Below are positions 26,037-34,711 of a DNA stretch of 41,616 nt, in pieces. The notes under the pieces were generated by a model, which saw nothing but the letters and a program-made list of their open reading frames with translations, ran no database searches and was not told where the DNA came from. Location: assembly GCA_003557825.1 (NCBI GenBank), contig PWNM01000210.1, positions 1 through 41,616 on the forward strand, given 5' to 3'. The translations under genes and the position numbers were made by a program. Position 1 is the stretch's first letter, and the number at the start of each line of letters is the position of its first letter. This DNA is from Candidatus Hydrogenedentota bacterium. GTDB lineage: Bacteria > Hydrogenedentota > Hydrogenedentia > Hydrogenedentales > SLHB01.

Positions 26037-26759
26037 ATGTCGAACCAAGGTGCAGCGCCTCCGCCGGTAGGCCGCGGAAAATCGGGATCCGGTACCAATA
26101 CGTGCTTGTTGGCTGCGGGCATTGGATGCGCAACGGTAGTGCTACTGGCGTTTATCGTTGTGATTGCCGGTTTTTTCCTGGCCCGATCGGCCGTTCGCGC
26201 AGTTGTTGCCGAATATACCGATAGCGAACCGATCGATTTGCCCACCGTGACCGTCAGTGAGGAAGAACGAGAAGCCGTAAAAGAACAGTTTGACGCTTTC
26301 CAACAGGATCTCGGCGAGGGCGTAGTCACCGAGCCGCTAACGCTAACGGAAACTGAGGTCAACGCGCTCATCCGATACCATCCGGATTTTGAAGAGATTC
26401 AGGATAACGTGTATGTCGCGTTCGAAGATGGCCTTGTCAAAGGTCAAATTAGTTTACCCTTGGACATGATTAGCCATATGCCGCTTGTAGGGGGATTGGT
26501 CGAAGGTCGGTATCTGAATGGAACCGGAACATTCAATATCGATGTCAGCGCCGGCCGATTGGTCGTACGACCTGAGGAGATCGAGGTCCGTGGAGAACCG
26601 TTGCCCGATCAGCTTATGAACGAACTTCGCGGCCAAAACCTCCTGGCCGATATTGATCACGACCCGGAACTGGCCCGAAGAATTGGTCAACTGGAGAGCA
26701 TTGAAGTCGGCGACGGAGTGATTACGTTTGTGCCCCGCACCGACGGGACCACCCAGTGA
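26037..26759 (+). CDS. Hypothetical membrane-anchored protein (N-in, one TM, about 180-aa extracytoplasmic domain)
   Basis: 240 aa with a GGAGGA RBS. It has a Gly/Pro-rich N-terminus, a single TM helix (CLLAAGIGCATVVLLAFIVVIAGFFLA), and an acidic soluble domain. I recognise no motif. Confidence 0.6.
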   Translation: MSNQGAAPPPVGRGKSGSGTNTCLLAAGIGCATVVLLAFIVVIAGFFLARSAVRAVVAEYTDSEPIDLPTVTVSEEEREAVKEQFDAFQQDLGEGVVTEPLTLTETEVNALIRYHPDFEEIQDNVYVAFEDGLVKGQISLPLDMISHMPLVGGLVEGRYLNGTGTFNIDVSAGRLVVRPEEIEVRGEPLPDQLMNELRGQNLLADIDHDPELARRIGQLESIEVGDGVITFVPRTDGTTQ

Positions 26760-26768
26760 GGAGACGAC

Positions 26769-27749
26769 ATGGTACGCATTGGTATTATGAGTTTTGCCCA
26801 TATGCATGCTTACGGGTATGCGGCAAGCCTGGGACAGACCGGAGAAGCAACGCTCGCTGCCGTCTATGATGACGATGTGAACCGCGGACAGGAAGCGGCC
26901 CAGCAGTTCAATGCGCCCTTCGAAGCGGATATCGATGCCTTTTTGGCAAGCGACTTGGACGCGGTAATCATCACCTCGGAAAACATCAAGCACCGGTCCA
27001 TGGCAGAAAAGGCGGCGGCGGCGGGCAAATGGATCCTGTGTGAAAAACCGCTGGCCACAACTGTCGAGGATGCTGCCGCTATTGTCGAGGCCTGCCGCGC
27101 GGCCGATGTGGGCCTTGGAACGGCCTTTCCTTGCCGATTCGCTTCGCCACTGGCGGTGTTGCGTCACCAGGTCGCTGCAGGCGAGTTTGGGGCCATTTAC
27201 GCGGCTTCGTGCACCAACAACGGACAGTTTCCCGGCGGCTGGTTTGGCGACCGCGATTTGGCAGGCGGCGGAGCGACAATGGACCATACCGTTCATGTTG
27301 CGGATCTTCTACGTTGGATGCTCGATCGCGAATTCACCAAGGTGTACTGCGAGAACGGGCACTTGCACGGACGAGACACGGAACTCGATGATGTGGGTTG
27401 CCTCCATCTCGAAATGGAGGGGGGCATTATCGTATCGCATATCGCAAGTTGGAACCGCGCGAAAAGCTACCCGACCTGGGGCGACGTGACCATCGAGTTT
27501 ATCGGGGAGAAGGGCGTCGCGTTTGTGGATGCCTTCAACCAAAAGATCAATGTCTATAACGATTCCGCCATGCGAGGCGCGTGGGCGGGTTGGGGCGACA
27601 ATCCGGACTTGGGCCTTGTGCAGGAATTCGTGGATTCGGTCCGAGACCGGCGGGCTCCATCGGTCACCGGCGTCGATGGGCTAAAAGCCACCGAGGTTAC
27701 TGTGGCGGCCTATGAATCCATGGCTTCAGGTAAAACCATCACCCTGTAA
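26769..27749 (+). CDS. Gfo/Idh/MocA family oxidoreductase (variant dinucleotide motif subfamily)
   Basis: 326 aa. The N-terminus MVRIGIMSFAHMHAYGY replaces the canonical GxGxxG. The LCEKP motif is present. It lies 9 nt after the previous stop. Confidence 0.8.
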   Translation: MVRIGIMSFAHMHAYGYAASLGQTGEATLAAVYDDDVNRGQEAAQQFNAPFEADIDAFLASDLDAVIITSENIKHRSMAEKAAAAGKWILCEKPLATTVEDAAAIVEACRAADVGLGTAFPCRFASPLAVLRHQVAAGEFGAIYAASCTNNGQFPGGWFGDRDLAGGGATMDHTVHVADLLRWMLDREFTKVYCENGHLHGRDTELDDVGCLHLEMEGGIIVSHIASWNRAKSYPTWGDVTIEFIGEKGVAFVDAFNQKINVYNDSAMRGAWAGWGDNPDLGLVQEFVDSVRDRRAPSVTGVDGLKATEVTVAAYESMASGKTITL

Positions 27750-27772
27750 CACACTCGGTATGGGGGGAATTC

Positions 27773-28645
27773 ATGTTCAAACTCGCAGCCTTTACGGATG
27801 AAATCAGTCAGGACCTTGCGCGTGCCTGCCAAGTACTCGCCGAATTCGGAGGAAAAGGCATCGAGATTCGCGCGGTTTGGGACACACGCCCCGAGGACTT
27901 GTCCGATTCCCAAGTGGCTGAGATCAAGAAGATCGTCGCCGACCACGGGTTGTCCGTCTGCAGCATCGGTTCGCCCTTCGGCAAGTGCGAGCTAGACGAT
28001 TCGAAGGCTGTAGCCCATCACATGGACATTTTGAAACGCTGCGCTGATATTGCCCGGGAATTGGACTGCCCCCTCGTGCGAGGATTCGCCTTTTGGGATC
28101 CTGATCAAGCCGACCAAAAACCCTGGAAAGCCATGGTGAAGGCATATCAACCTGTTCCGGCGATTTTGAAAGATAAGGACATTCTACTCGGACTCGAAAA
28201 CGAAGCTTCCTGTTACGTCGGTACCGCCTCGCATATCCGCACATTTTTGGACCTGTTAAAATGTGATCGTGTCAAAGCCGTTTGGGATCCCGCCAACCAC
28301 ATCCATGATCCCCAATCCATCGCCATACCGGCCTTTCCCGATGGCTATCAACTTGTGCGAGACGACATGGTCCATGTCCATGTGAAAGATGCGGGTCCGG
28401 ATGAGGCAGGCGTCGTGCAAAACCGGTTTATGGGTACCGGTCTGGTCCATTGGGAAAACCAGCTACAGGCGCTCAAAAACGACGGGTATGACGGGTATAT
28501 TTCCCTCGAGACCCATGTTCGCGCCGAGGAGTTCCCTCCGGAGCTCGAGGACACCTATGGCCACTACCTTGCGGCAGGCGGTAAAGAAGGGGCGAGCAAG
28601 GTCTGTCTCGCGTGGCTCAGCGACGCCATGGCGGCGCTTACTTAA
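27773..28645 (+). CDS. Sugar phosphate isomerase/epimerase (xylose isomerase-like TIM barrel)
   Basis: 290 aa with family-typical contexts LGLENE, WDPAN, HVKD and SLETH. Confidence 0.85.
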   Translation: MFKLAAFTDEISQDLARACQVLAEFGGKGIEIRAVWDTRPEDLSDSQVAEIKKIVADHGLSVCSIGSPFGKCELDDSKAVAHHMDILKRCADIARELDCPLVRGFAFWDPDQADQKPWKAMVKAYQPVPAILKDKDILLGLENEASCYVGTASHIRTFLDLLKCDRVKAVWDPANHIHDPQSIAIPAFPDGYQLVRDDMVHVHVKDAGPDEAGVVQNRFMGTGLVHWENQLQALKNDGYDGYISLETHVRAEEFPPELEDTYGHYLAAGGKEGASKVCLAWLSDAMAALT

Positions 28646-28711
28646 GCGCACTGGCAATTCGGACCCGCCGGGATTATACTTTGGATAGACAGTTTCGAGG
28701 AGGAGGATCCT

Positions 28712-30385
28712 GTGCGGATTCGCGTGATTTCTATGCCGCTGATTGCGGCCCTGATCGTTGCCGGCGTCGTCCTGACTGGATGCGACGGGGAAGGCTTATT
28801 CGTTGCTCAGGAACGCCGATCGTTTCCGGATTCCGGAGATCAGCCGCCCGTGCCAGGTATTCCTACTCCGCCCGATAACGGCAACGGTGATCCTTCCGCC
28901 CCCACACCGGCTGTATTTGGCGGCGTATGGATGGCCGCATTTGGCAATGATTTTCCCACGGATTCAGGTCAACGACAATATGCAGCCCGCCTGAACTTGC
29001 AGCAGACGGGTTCCTCGATCACAGGTTCCGGGCGAATCTGGCGGGTGGTTCGCACGGGCGACGTCGCGGCGGGTGAGTCCAACCTTACGGTATCGGGTTC
29101 TGTCGATGCGAGTGGCCGCGATGCTGTGATCACGACGGAATCGCCGCGCACAGGTCGCATGCGATGGCGCATGCGCGCCGGGTCGGACGTTCTGATTGGC
29201 ATCTATGAGGGTCTGGGTTCGGACAATCAAATGGAACGTTCGGGACACGCCATCTGGCGTCGGGAAAACAACGGCGAAGGCTCCGGTTCATGGGTAGCCG
29301 GATTCAGCGACGATTTTGCAGACTCAGCCAGCGGCTATTTGGCCCGTACCCGCACGGCCACCATCGTAGTCAACCGCAGCGGAAATTCGCTGAGCGGTAT
29401 CGGATCCTTCGATGAGCAGCGGCCAGGTCGCCTGGAGGATCGCTCCCTCGATTTCCAGATCACCCGGGGCTTGCTTGACGCTCCGCGCATTGGGTTTACC
29501 TTCGGTTCGGGCGATCTGCGTTCGGATTACGACTGGTATGGATACGCCGGACGCAATCGCATCTATACCGCCTATGGACAATATGATTCGAACAGCAGCC
29601 GCTTGGCCCGGTTCGGCCATACCGAGTGGCTCCGTTCGGAATCCAGCGAACCCTCGGCTGTTAGCGGAAGATGGGTTACAGCATTTAGCGACACCATCAC
29701 GGAGGACGGGCTTCCGGGAGCCGATTATCTGGCCGTCGTGAATCTTTCGGCCCAACGGAATGGACCAATAACGGGTTCCAATGGGCAGGTTCTGGACGAG
29801 GCCGTATCCGACCCGACCTATCAATCTCATTCGGTATCTCGGGGCAATATCCTGGGCACCCGGGTGGTGTTCGACATGACGGGCAACAGAAATCGGTTCG
29901 CATGGGTGCTGCGATTAACGAACGATACCATGGTCGGCTCCTATCAGCGTCTACGCGACGGGTCCTACGCGGGCAGCGGTACCGTCGAATGGCGGCGGCT
30001 TTCAAATACGCCGGATCTGATCGGCAGCACCTGGGCCGCAGCCTATGTGGACACCTTCGGAGCCTTTTCCCCACCGGCCACCCAGCTGGCCCTGGTAACG
30101 ATAACGAATCAATCTTCGACTTCCCTGTCCGGGAACGGGGCGCTTCGCTATGCCGGCGATACCCGACGACGGCTGTTGTCCGTAAACGGCTCGATTCGGC
30201 CCAACGGCGAAATAACATGGACTTGGACCGGCCCCGACGGCTTCGGGAGACGGGTATGGAATCTGCGCCAGGCGGGCGACTATCTGTATGGGACCTATAC
30301 CAACTTTACGGCAAACGGGGAACTCGAAGCCCAGGGACACGCGGTTTTCATACGGACCGTTCGGACAACCACCTTCACCCGCTAA
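28712..30385 (+). CDS. Lipoprotein of unknown function with four tandem ~120-aa repeats
   Basis: GTG 28712 lies 5 nt after GGAGGAGGA. The signal peptide carries the lipobox VVLTGC (Cys24), followed by a Pro-rich linker and four repeats (see the repeat feature). Confidence 0.75.
   Translation: MRIRVISMPLIAALIVAGVVLTGCDGEGLFVAQERRSFPDSGDQPPVPGIPTPPDNGNGDPSAPTPAVFGGVWMAAFGNDFPTDSGQRQYAARLNLQQTGSSITGSGRIWRVVRTGDVAAGESNLTVSGSVDASGRDAVITTESPRTGRMRWRMRAGSDVLIGIYEGLGSDNQMERSGHAIWRRENNGEGSGSWVAGFSDDFADSASGYLARTRTATIVVNRSGNSLSGIGSFDEQRPGRLEDRSLDFQITRGLLDAPRIGFTFGSGDLRSDYDWYGYAGRNRIYTAYGQYDSNSSRLARFGHTEWLRSESSEPSAVSGRWVTAFSDTITEDGLPGADYLAVVNLSAQRNGPITGSNGQVLDEAVSDPTYQSHSVSRGNILGTRVVFDMTGNRNRFAWVLRLTNDTMVGSYQRLRDGSYAGSGTVEWRRLSNTPDLIGSTWAAAYVDTFGAFSPPATQLALVTITNQSSTSLSGNGALRYAGDTRRRLLSVNGSIRPNGEITWTWTGPDGFGRRVWNLRQAGDYLYGTYTNFTANGELEAQGHAVFIRTVRTTTFTR
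28916..30358 (+). repeat. Four tandem protein-level repeats (aa ~69-186, 190-309, 317-430, 437-549)
   Basis: Each unit has three shared elements:
- An opening G.W.A.F.D segment (GGVWMAAFGND / GSWVAGFSDD / GRWVTAFSDT / STWAAAYVDT).
- A central L.L....G..(I/L)(T/S)G.G segment.
- A closing G.Y....G.G....(W/F).R segment (GHAIWRR / GHTEWLR / GTVEWRR / GHAVFIR).
The conserved Trp sits at aa 73, 194, 321 and 441, giving periods of 121, 127 and 120 aa. Confidence 0.65.
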
Positions 30386-30530
30386 TCGATGATTTTGACC
30401 GGTCGGAATCATCATCCATGTCGTGCTCAGACCGATTTTCTTGCATTGAAAATCCTGATCATGCAGTATTGGCCCAAGCCAATGAAGACAGACCCATGCC
30501 AATGGAAATAAGCAGAAAGGACCCCCTAAC

Positions 30531-31037
30531 ATGCTGTTATTGAGCGAATTGTTCGATGCGTCGGTGATTCGCTTGGGCATGAGGGCCCAAAACAAAAAAC
30601 AGGCCATTGAAGAGTTGATGGACCTCGTCATTGAATCGGGAGCGGTTGAGCCCGACCTGCGCGATCACATGCTGGAAGTTGTTTTTCAACGGGAGCAGTC
30701 GATGAGTACCGGCATGGAGCATGGCATTGCGTTGCCCCACGGATCAAGCGATCGCGTTGATAAAGTGGTGGCAGCCATCGGCATCGCCCCCCATGGCATC
30801 CCGTTCGACAGTATGGATGGGAACCCTGCCCAGATCATCATTCTCCTCGTGTTTCCCCGGGATCAGTTCGGCGTGCATGTGCGGCATCTGGCGGTCATCG
30901 CTCAACTACTTAGCAATGCTTCCTTTCGAGAAGCCCTCATCCATGCACACGACTCCGAGGAAGTGATGAACATGCTCCGCTCAGAAGGGCCTACCCAGGG
31001 AGTACCGACAAATCCATCCAAGGGTAGTGAGGCATGA
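30531..31037 (+). CDS. PTS EIIA-2 family protein (PtsN / EIIA-Ntr-like regulator)
   Basis: 168 aa. The pattern LL..LF....I.L......K..AIEEL plus the phospho-His context GMEHGIALPHG is typical of mannitol/fructose/Ntr-type EIIA. No EIIB or EIIC gene is nearby. Confidence 0.8.
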   Translation: MLLLSELFDASVIRLGMRAQNKKQAIEELMDLVIESGAVEPDLRDHMLEVVFQREQSMSTGMEHGIALPHGSSDRVDKVVAAIGIAPHGIPFDSMDGNPAQIIILLVFPRDQFGVHVRHLAVIAQLLSNASFREALIHAHDSEEVMNMLRSEGPTQGVPTNPSKGSEA

Positions 31038-32389
31038 ACACTATCTACCCCCGGATTGTGAGCCTGGTGGGACTGTTGATACTGCTAGCCTTGGCTTGGG
31101 TCCTATCCGAAGACCGAAAGCATGTACCCTGGCGCGTGATCGTATGGGGCGTCGGTCTCCAGTTCGTTTTCGGATTGCTACTATTGCCCACCTTCGTCCA
31201 GCGCATGGTCCTGGCGCCGGTATTGCGCGGTGGTGTCTGGTTGATGACATTGGGTCGCGTACAAGTCGAAGCGCAGCCTGACGAACTCTTTTTCCGAGGC
31301 ATGCAATGGATCGTGGACCTACTAACAGAATCGACTGCGGCCGGAGCCGAGTTTGTCTTCGGTTCGCTGGTAATCGACCAGGCGATCGGCGCTCAAGTTG
31401 CGTTCCAGGTGCTACCGGTGATCATTTTCGTATCGGCCCTGGCAGCCATTCTGTTTCACCTGGGCATTATCCAGCTATTGGTACGTTTTATGGCTTGGCT
31501 TATGCGAAAAAGTATGGGAACCTCGGGCGCGGAGACCTTTGGTTCGGCCCTGTTGATCGTATTGGGCATTGAATCGGTGACTGCCATTCGCGAGTATCTC
31601 CGCACCATGACCCGTTCCGAGTTGTGTACCGTGCTCACCACGTTCATGGCGACCATCGCCGGCAGCGTTATGGTGGTCTACGCCCAGTTCGGAGTCGAGC
31701 CCGGCCATCTGCTGACTGCATCATTGATGAGCGCCCCCGCGGCCATCGTCGTCTCGAAACTCATGGTCCCAGAACGGGAAACGCCGCAGACAACCGACCG
31801 CGAAGCCATTAGCATTCCGGTAGACACGCACAATGTAGTCGATGCAGCGGCAGTGGGCGCATCAGACGGGTTAAAGCTGGCGCTGAACGTTGGAGCCATG
31901 CTCATCGCCTTTATCGGCATTGTTTACCTTATCAACGCGGGCTTGGCGTTGGTCTCACAGCCCCTACTTGACGGAATCTATGCGCCATGGGCCGAGGCCC
32001 GCGGCTGGACCATACCAGAGGCGATAACCCTCAAAGGCCTGGTTGGCGTTGTGTTTATCCCATTTGCCTTCATCCTGGGCACGCCCTTGGGAGATGCCGT
32101 AGCGGTTGGTCAATTACTCGGAACCAAGACCGTATTGAACGAATTCCTTGCGTTCATCGACCTTCAGCAACTCGGGGATACATTGAGTCCGCGGGGATTT
32201 ACCATCGCCACCTATGCCCTGTGCGGATTCGCCAATCCGGGTAGTCTAGGGATCGCTATCGCCGGCGTCTCGGGATTATTGCCCGACCGCCGGCCGTTAA
32301 TCGTTGCATTGGCCGTAAAATCGTTTATCGGCGGTACCTTGGCATGTTTCAGCACCGCCTGTGTGGCAGGAATTCTTATCTATGCTTAG
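31034..32389 (+). CDS. nupC: NupC/CNT family concentrative nucleoside transporter
   Basis: 451 aa, polytopic. The N-terminus SEDRKHVPWRVIVWGVGLQFVFG and the C-terminal GTKTVLNEFLAF...GFANPGSLGI are CNT hallmarks. The ATG overlaps the EIIA stop (ATGA at 31034-31037). Confidence 0.8.
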   Translation: MNTIYPRIVSLVGLLILLALAWVLSEDRKHVPWRVIVWGVGLQFVFGLLLLPTFVQRMVLAPVLRGGVWLMTLGRVQVEAQPDELFFRGMQWIVDLLTESTAAGAEFVFGSLVIDQAIGAQVAFQVLPVIIFVSALAAILFHLGIIQLLVRFMAWLMRKSMGTSGAETFGSALLIVLGIESVTAIREYLRTMTRSELCTVLTTFMATIAGSVMVVYAQFGVEPGHLLTASLMSAPAAIVVSKLMVPERETPQTTDREAISIPVDTHNVVDAAAVGASDGLKLALNVGAMLIAFIGIVYLINAGLALVSQPLLDGIYAPWAEARGWTIPEAITLKGLVGVVFIPFAFILGTPLGDAVAVGQLLGTKTVLNEFLAFIDLQQLGDTLSPRGFTIATYALCGFANPGSLGIAIAGVSGLLPDRRPLIVALAVKSFIGGTLACFSTACVAGILIYA

Positions 32390-33203
32390 ACCATCTCCTA
32401 TACCACGAGCGCTGACCATCGCGGGAAGTGATTCCGGCGGCGGCGCCGGCATTCAGGCCGACCTTAAGACGTTTACAGCCCTGCGCGTATTCGGCATGTC
32501 CGCGATTACCGCCTTAACGGCGCAGAACACAACAGGCGTGACGGGTGTTCACGATGTACCGCCTCCATTTGTAACGCAGCAGATCGATGCCGTAGCCCAG
32601 GATATCGGCGTAGATGCGGCCAAGACGGGGATGCTGTCCCACGGCGGGATTATCGAGGCGGTGGCCGAGAGCATCCAACGCAACCGCATCCCCAATCTGG
32701 TGGTTGATCCGGTCATGGTCGCAAAAAGCGGAGATACGTTACTCCAGCGGGAAGCCTGCGAGGCTCTCATTCGGCATATCATGCCGTTGGCGCAGGTGGT
32801 TACGCCGAATGCCCCCGAAGCCGCGATTCTGGCGGCGCAACCCATTCTAACCGTGGAGGACGTGCGCGAGGCGGCCCGCCGAATACATGCCCAAGGGCCG
32901 GCTTTTGTCCTGATGAAAGGCGGGCACATGGATACGCCCGATGCGGTGGACTTTTTATTCGACGGCGCTCATTTCACCGAGTTCCGTGGTCCACGCATTG
33001 ATACGGTAAATACGCATGGAACCGGATGCACGTACTCAGCGGCCATTGCGGCCTATCTAGCCCGGGGCATGGGCGTAGCAGAGGCCGTCGAGGCGGCAAA
33101 AACCTATGTCACCGAGGCAATCCGACACAGTTTTGCATTGGGTTCGGGGCATGGTCCGCTAAACCACTTCTTCGCGGAAACCCCTAACGAGCAACCCACC
33201 TAA
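32382..33203 (+). CDS. thiD: Hydroxymethylpyrimidine/phosphomethylpyrimidine kinase
   Basis: The start is moved to ATG 32382 (MLRPSPIPRALTIAGSDSGGGAGIQADLKTF). The GTGCTYSAAIAAYLA anion-hole motif is present. The gene overlaps the nupC end by 8 nt. Confidence 0.9.
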   Translation: MLRPSPIPRALTIAGSDSGGGAGIQADLKTFTALRVFGMSAITALTAQNTTGVTGVHDVPPPFVTQQIDAVAQDIGVDAAKTGMLSHGGIIEAVAESIQRNRIPNLVVDPVMVAKSGDTLLQREACEALIRHIMPLAQVVTPNAPEAAILAAQPILTVEDVREAARRIHAQGPAFVLMKGGHMDTPDAVDFLFDGAHFTEFRGPRIDTVNTHGTGCTYSAAIAAYLARGMGVAEAVEAAKTYVTEAIRHSFALGSGHGPLNHFFAETPNEQPT

Positions 33204-34711
33204 CCTTCGTCGGGGACCGACTGGCGTTCAGGCAATTCGGTGGCCCGACGGGCGATTTCGTCGATGAGTCCGCTGAAGATCAGTTTATGAAAGGGATATA
33301 GGGCGTACCAATAAAGCACGCCGACCAGTCCTTTGGGTGCGAAAAACGCCATCTGAGTGAGCAGGGCGCGACCATCCTCGAGAGGCCGAACCTGAAACTG
33401 GAGCCATGCCGTACCCGGCAATTTCATTTCGGCGCGTAACCGGATCAGATGATCCGGTTCGACCGCCTCGACCCGCCAGAAATCCAGGGCGTCGCCCACA
33501 CGAAGATGATCCGGGTCGCGCCGCCCTCGACGCATGCCTACACCGCCGATTACCCGGTCCATTAGCCCGCGACACTTCCATGCCCAGTTCATGCAGAACC
33601 ACCCGCGCGCCCCGCCGATCCCGGAAAACACGGCATAAACGGTTTCGGGCGAGGCATCCACGGTACGTTGCCGTTGCTCAATGATCATCCCCTCGTGGCT
33701 GGAAAGCATAACCGGGGCCGTGTCCCCATGGACGGTCCTCACCGCATCGGACCAAGTTGTCTCCACCATGCTCGCGTCCAGTTTGACCAAGGCACGCTGT
33801 ACGGCGGTGCGGTATCCTACCGGTTCAATGTCGGGGAACAACTCCCGAGCGCTGAAGTCCTTCACCACGTTCTCGTTGCGCAATCCCTCAATAAGCGGAC
33901 GCGCGATGGAGGCTGGGATAGGCGTTACCAGGTTGACCCAATAGGACGAAATGCGCGGCGTGAGCACCGGTACGGGAAGCATCCAGCGCCGCAACCCACG
34001 CACTTCGGCATAGATCAGGAGCATATGCTTATAGGTGATGACATCCGCCCCGCCGATTTCAATGATACATCCACGGCTTTCGGGAACACGTAAAGCTGCC
34101 AGGAGATATTCGAGCACTTCACGAACACCGATAGGCTGGGCATGACTATATACCCATTGGGGGCAGACCATGATCGGAATGCGTTCCGCCAAATACCGAA
34201 TCATTTCAAACGAAATGCTCCCCGACCCCACGATTACGCCGGCTCGGAATTCGGTAACGGGCACGCCCGATTCACGCAGGGTGTCGCCGGTTGCTTGTCG
34301 CGAGCGAAGATGCTCGGAAAGCTCAGCATTACCGGATTCAAGCCCGCCCAGATAGATGATCTGCTTCACACCTGCTGAACGGGCTGCCTCGCCAAAGTTT
34401 CGGGCGGCGGCGATATCCCGCTCAAAAAAGTCCTTCCCGCTGGTCATGCTGTGGACCAGATAATAGGCGGTGTCAATGCCCTTCATGGCGGCCGATAGCG
34501 TATCGGGTTGTAGGACGTCGCCCACCGCCACGTCCACGGCGTGTTGCCATGTGCGGCCCTGTAACCGTTCCGGAGCCCGAACCAGACATCGAACGAAATA
34601 CCCCCGTTCGAGCAGGCGAGGTACCAGGCGGCCTCCAATGTAGCCGGTGGCGCCTGTTACCAATACGTTGAAAACAGGGGGCTTGTCTGCGCTATGTTTG
34701 GTGTTCTTCAT
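33200..34711 (-). CDS. NAD(P)-binding SDR-family protein with C-terminal DUF2867-like domain
   Basis: The start is moved to ATG 34711 (MKNTKHSADKPPVFNVLVTGATGYIGGRLV). An atypical-SDR/NmrA-like Rossmann domain is followed by a ~180-aa C-terminal domain. The fusion pattern is recalled as SDR+DUF2867. Confidence 0.75.
   Translation of the reverse strand: MKNTKHSADKPPVFNVLVTGATGYIGGRLVPRLLERGYFVRCLVRAPERLQGRTWQHAVDVAVGDVLQPDTLSAAMKGIDTAYYLVHSMTSGKDFFERDIAAARNFGEAARSAGVKQIIYLGGLESGNAELSEHLRSRQATGDTLRESGVPVTEFRAGVIVGSGSISFEMIRYLAERIPIMVCPQWVYSHAQPIGVREVLEYLLAALRVPESRGCIIEIGGADVITYKHMLLIYAEVRGLRRWMLPVPVLTPRISSYWVNLVTPIPASIARPLIEGLRNENVVKDFSARELFPDIEPVGYRTAVQRALVKLDASMVETTWSDAVRTVHGDTAPVMLSSHEGMIIEQRQRTVDASPETVYAVFSGIGGARGWFCMNWAWKCRGLMDRVIGGVGMRRGRRDPDHLRVGDALDFWRVEAVEPDHLIRLRAEMKLPGTAWLQFQVRPLEDGRALLTQMAFFAPKGLVGVLYWYALYPFHKLIFSGLIDEIARRATELPERQSVPDEG

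Noticed and set aside
30386-30530. THI-box-like fragments (GCTCAGA ... TGAAAATCCTGATC) occur in the leader of the EIIA-nupC-thiD unit, suggesting a TPP riboswitch.
   Set aside because: CUGAGA is imperfect (CUCAGA). The GGGG/ACCC P2 pairing and the CUGG-AUAAUG-CCAG P5 hairpin are absent. The spacing between the elements is wrong (22 nt versus about 13 nt). A cmsearch with Rfam RF00059 would be decisive, and I expect no hit.
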